This document shows positions 16,405 through 20,000 of a stretch of DNA of 20,000 nt, piece after piece. The stretch's first letter is position 1. Every line of letters starts with the position of its first letter. The notes under the pieces are model-generated. The model worked only from the letters and a program-made list of their open reading frames with translations. It was not told where the DNA came from and did not search any database. The stretch is from an uncultured virus (IMG/VR IMGVR_UViG_3300034073_001408) (lineage: Duplodnaviria; Heunggongvirae; Uroviricota; Caudoviricetes): IMG/VR virus record IMGVR_UViG_3300034073_001408; one strand, given 5' to 3'. Both the position numbers and the translations under genes were made by a program.

Positions 16405-16782
16405 ATGGCAACAGAATCATACTTTTCAGACTTTTCTCTGTCTTTTATTCCACATCCAGTCACTGGAGACATAGTTTCGATAAAAGAAGAAACAGCAGTA
16501 AAGAATGCTCTGATCAATTTGTTGCGTAGCCCTGTTGGAAATAGACCATTTGATCCAGATTATGGTGTAAATCTACAACGATATCTTTTTGAGCCAGCAG
16601 ATGCTTTGACAGAAAACGAAATAAATGAAGACATCGCATATGCAATAAAAACATTTGAACCTCGCGTTGAATTGGTTTCAATTACTAGTGAAATGGTAGA
16701 ATATGGTGTTAACATTACTATCACATATTTTGTGAAGAATGTTCCAGAATTACAAACGCTAGAAACAACAATAACTAGGTAA
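16405..16782 (+). CDS. gp25: Baseplate wedge subunit / sheath initiator, T4 gp25-like
   Basis: FSDFSLSFIPHPVTGDI, AVKNALINLL...GNRPFDPDYG.NL..YLFEP, IKTFEPRVEL. Confidence 0.95.
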   Translation: MATESYFSDFSLSFIPHPVTGDIVSIKEETAVKNALINLLRSPVGNRPFDPDYGVNLQRYLFEPADALTENEINEDIAYAIKTFEPRVELVSITSEMVEYGVNITITYFVKNVPELQTLETTITR

Positions 16783-16802
16783 AAAACAGATCAGAGAATC
16801 AA

Positions 16803-18623
16803 ATGGCAACACCAACAAATCTAAAAATTGATGGTCTAGATTTCCAGTCTATCAAAGATAATTTCAAAACTTTTCTAAAAGCTCAAGACAAGTTCAAAGA
16901 CTACAACTTCGACGCTGCTGGTCTAAATGTATTAGTAGACTTACTTTCATACAACACGTATTACAATTCGTTCTACGTGAATATGGTGTCTAATGAAGCA
17001 TTCTTATCTACAGCGCAGAGAAGAAATTCAATTGTAGCAGCAGCCAAGTCTTTGAACTATGTTCCAAGATCACGCACTTCTGCTAGAGTAGTCGCAACGT
17101 TGACTGTTGAGCCGGTTGGCACTCCAGCTAACGTTCTGATACCGAGATATACTTCGTTTTCGGCCGCTGCGACTGATGGCACTGATGTAACTTTTGTGAA
17201 CTTAGATCCAATCACAGTTTTCTCATCAGATAGCTATGCAGTAACTGGCGCGACTCTCGTCGAAGGAACATACGTCGCAGAAAGATATACAGTAAATACT
17301 GCTGACACAGAACAAAGATTCATCATCAATAATACTGATATTGACACTACTACGCTCAGAGTTAGAGTTCAGAACTCATCTACAGATTCTACTATCCGCA
17401 CATTCAATAGAGCAGATAATTATGTGAATCTAACTTCAGATTCTCTAGTATACTTCATTCAAGAAATAGAAGATGGCTATTATGAAGTAACATTTGGCGA
17501 TGGCACTTTCGGCACATCTCTTCTCGATGGAAACGTAATTCTATTCGACTATCTTTCCTCTAACGGCGCTACAGGTAATGATATTACTGGAATGAGTTTC
17601 GCAGGATCAATCTCCGACGTCGTTGACATTGGAGCAGTCGTCACAACAGCATCTTACGGCGGTGATGATCGTGAATCTATCGAACGCATTAGATACAATG
17701 CTCCGAAAGCATATGCCGCGCAGAACAGATTGATCACTACTGACGATTATATCTCTCTAGTATTGCAACAACCAAATGTGCAGTCTGCAATTGCATGGGG
17801 CGGCGAAGATAACGATCCTCCATATTACGGGAGAGTCTTCATCGCAATTCAGCCAAAGAATGAAGAAGTTCTTACTGACACAGAAAAGTTCAATCTAACT
17901 GAGTATATCATAAAGCCAAGAAAAATTTTGACAATGAGTACCGAGATTGTAGATCCAGAATACATCTATTTGATTATAGATGCTTCAGTGAAATATGATA
18001 CTAGTGTAAACGTATTGAATTCTACAAATCTAACTTCATTGATTCTACAAAGAGTGATGGAGTATAAAGACAGCGATCTCGCACAGTTCTCAAAATACTT
18101 TAGATATTCAAAACTGTCAAGAATTATTGACACATCAGATAGATCAATTCTAAGTTCTACTCTGAGAATTCAACTAAGAAAAGAAATTGAAGTTCAGTTG
18201 AATATCAATGCATCTTATGTTATTGATTTTGCTAACCCGATTGATGATATAACTAAAGACAGAGCAGCGAATCATCCTTACGCCGCGGGAAATAAAATTT
18301 CATCAAATGCGTTCACATATCAGGGATTTTCAAACTGCTTCTTAGAAGAAAACGGCGGTGTAATCAGAATCTATCGTCAATCTGGAGCAAATCTTGTCGG
18401 CGTAGTTCCTAACATCGGAACTTTAAACTACGATACTGGTCGAATAACCCTAAATTCATTTATTCCAGAATCATTTGCTGACGGCGGCACTACACTCAAA
18501 GTCACTGCTGTGCCACGTGAGCCCGATATTCTGCCATTGAGAACTCAGATCATTACTATTCGTGAAGAAGACGTAACTGTCAATCTAATCAATGATAACG
18601 CAATCAGTCTAACGAAACGATAA
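16803..18623 (+). CDS. gp6: Baseplate wedge subunit, T4 gp6-like
   Basis: LDFQSIKDNFKTFLKAQDKFKDYNF, LLSYNTYYNSFYVNMVSNEAFLSTAQRRNS, FGDGTFG, ESIERIRYNAPKAYAAQNRLITTDDY, WGGEDNDPPYYGRVFIAI. Confidence 0.96.
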   Translation: MATPTNLKIDGLDFQSIKDNFKTFLKAQDKFKDYNFDAAGLNVLVDLLSYNTYYNSFYVNMVSNEAFLSTAQRRNSIVAAAKSLNYVPRSRTSARVVATLTVEPVGTPANVLIPRYTSFSAAATDGTDVTFVNLDPITVFSSDSYAVTGATLVEGTYVAERYTVNTADTEQRFIINNTDIDTTTLRVRVQNSSTDSTIRTFNRADNYVNLTSDSLVYFIQEIEDGYYEVTFGDGTFGTSLLDGNVILFDYLSSNGATGNDITGMSFAGSISDVVDIGAVVTTASYGGDDRESIERIRYNAPKAYAAQNRLITTDDYISLVLQQPNVQSAIAWGGEDNDPPYYGRVFIAIQPKNEEVLTDTEKFNLTEYIIKPRKILTMSTEIVDPEYIYLIIDASVKYDTSVNVLNSTNLTSLILQRVMEYKDSDLAQFSKYFRYSKLSRIIDTSDRSILSSTLRIQLRKEIEVQLNINASYVIDFANPIDDITKDRAANHPYAAGNKISSNAFTYQGFSNCFLEENGGVIRIYRQSGANLVGVVPNIGTLNYDTGRITLNSFIPESFADGGTTLKVTAVPREPDILPLRTQIITIREEDVTVNLINDNAISLTKR

Positions 18624-20000
18624 TGGCTAAGATTTACTCTCTCAATCCAGCACTGAATCTTCGTCAGTCTATTTCTGAGGACATATACAATAGTTCTGAG
18701 AAGTTTGTTGATTTCTTGAAAGCATACTATGAATGGATGCACACGACAGAAATCACTTATCAAATAATTTCTGGCACGTTTCAGAAAAACGAACTCATCG
18801 TCGGTCAAACTAGCAAGAACTATGCTAGAATAAACTACATAAAATCTAGCACAGAACTAGTTGTAGTTATTGAGAGAGAAAATTTTCCGTTTGAAAACTT
18901 TGAATTGATCGTTGGTCAAACATCTGGCGCAACAGCTAGACTTTTGAGAATAACAGATAACGTCCTAAGACAAGCTCAGCAGATTTTACCAAATCGCGAC
19001 GTTGATAAGAGCATTGATATATTCTCAGAGTATTTGAAAGACGAATTGTATAGTGCTATTCCAGCAAATTTCGCTGGCGATAAAAGAGAACTAGCGAAAC
19101 GCATTCGCGATTACTATCAGTCTAAGGGTCATGAACAATCTTATAGATTCTTCATGAAACTTCTTTACGATCAAGACATTGAAATTGCGTATCCGGGTGA
19201 CGAAGTTCTTCGCGTATCTGATGGCAATTTTCAGCGCGAAACTGTCATTCGTGCTAGAATTATTGATAATCCAGAAAGTCCAATAATCTTCAATTTTTTA
19301 TTCAAGACAATCAAAGGTAGAATTAGTGGATCAATTGCTAAAGTAGTTGACATCAAGAAAATTTTCGTCGGCTCTGTTTATCTAGCCGAAATGAAACTAT
19401 CGCTAGCTTCTGGAGTTTTTATAGCAGATGAGCCGATCTACGATTTGACAGATACTAATCCTATACCATTAGAAACTACCGTTTACGGTATTGTATCTTC
19501 ATATGAAATCGTTTATGGTGGTTCTGGATATGCTCCAGGAGATGTTCTCACTGTCACGGGTGATGGCGAACAAGCGACACTCAGAGTCTCTGACACATAT
19601 CGCTCAGGCATTGATGCTATCACTCTAGTCAGCACTGGCTATGGATATCAGAAATACGCTGTCACATTTGCAGACAACACTGGCACTGGTGGTTCTAATC
19701 TCACTGTCATGGTGTCTGAGATTGCAAACACTTATGATATCGTTGACGGTGCAAACACATACACTGTAGGCGATGTCGTCTCTGTAAAAGTCATCAACAA
19801 AGGACAAGACTACTTTGATGTTCCCACAATTACACTAAGAGATGATACAATATATGCGTTAGGGATGATATCCGAGAAGAATATCAATATTATAGATGCC
19901 GGACAAAACTACAAACCAGGCGAGACAATAGAACTAAATCTTCTCGTCGAAGGTGAGACTGGCTATACAACTCGCGCAGTCGCAGAAGTTGCTTCTGTCG
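18623..20000 (+). CDS. gp7: Large baseplate wedge protein, gp7-like (5' part; runs off the window and is absent from the ORF track)
   Basis: Starts in a TAATG overlap with the gp6 stop and has no stop codon to position 20000. Motifs: KFVDFLKAYYEWM, IRDYYQSKGHEQSYRFFMKLLY, YPGDEVLRVSDGNF, then GGSGY-type repeats. Confidence 0.85.
   Translation, partial: MAKIYSLNPALNLRQSISEDIYNSSEKFVDFLKAYYEWMHTTEITYQIISGTFQKNELIVGQTSKNYARINYIKSSTELVVVIERENFPFENFELIVGQTSGATARLLRITDNVLRQAQQILPNRDVDKSIDIFSEYLKDELYSAIPANFAGDKRELAKRIRDYYQSKGHEQSYRFFMKLLYDQDIEIAYPGDEVLRVSDGNFQRETVIRARIIDNPESPIIFNFLFKTIKGRISGSIAKVVDIKKIFVGSVYLAEMKLSLASGVFIADEPIYDLTDTNPIPLETTVYGIVSSYEIVYGGSGYAPGDVLTVTGDGEQATLRVSDTYRSGIDAITLVSTGYGYQKYAVTFADNTGTGGSNLTVMVSEIANTYDIVDGANTYTVGDVVSVKVINKGQDYFDVPTITLRDDTIYALGMISEKNINIIDAGQNYKPGETIELNLLVEGETGYTTRAVAEVASV

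Noticed and set aside
1..20000. Stop-codon recoding, CRISPR arrays, tRNA/rRNA genes
   Set aside because: Core genes are intact in the standard code and TAA, TGA and TAG all serve as stops. Intergenic gaps are under 90 bp and show no repeat-spacer or cloverleaf pattern.

Overview
This window is from a T4-like (Teven-type) myophage genome and covers the baseplate/tail morphogenesis cluster. It opens with the 3' end of gp32 (SSB) and a terminator hairpin. The minus strand carries gp4, gp2, a gp54/gp19-like tube protein, gp26, an unannotated gp51-like frame and a 2330-aa tape-measure/gp29-like gene. The plus strand carries gp48, gp53, gp27, a P-loop kinase, a small protein, gp5, a small acidic protein, a histone-H1-like protein, gp25, gp6 and the start of gp7. 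T4 late promoter boxes (TATAAATA and variants) are present. Four observations stand out. (1) gp5 has no lysozyme and is fused through a PPPP-RR-GGGG linker to a Hint domain that keeps its N-cleavage residues but lacks the C-terminal His-Asn, suggesting Hedgehog/BIL-like self-processing of the spike. (2) A candidate -1 frameshift (U UUU UUC) joins gp26 to a start-less gp51-like frame directly before the tape measure gene, resembling lambda G/GT. (3) The tape measure is a giant mosaic with an M15-type Zn peptidase motif and a siphophage-like module. (4) A near-consensus antisense sigma70 promoter lies inside the late cluster. All family assignments come from motif recognition and synteny, not from database searches.
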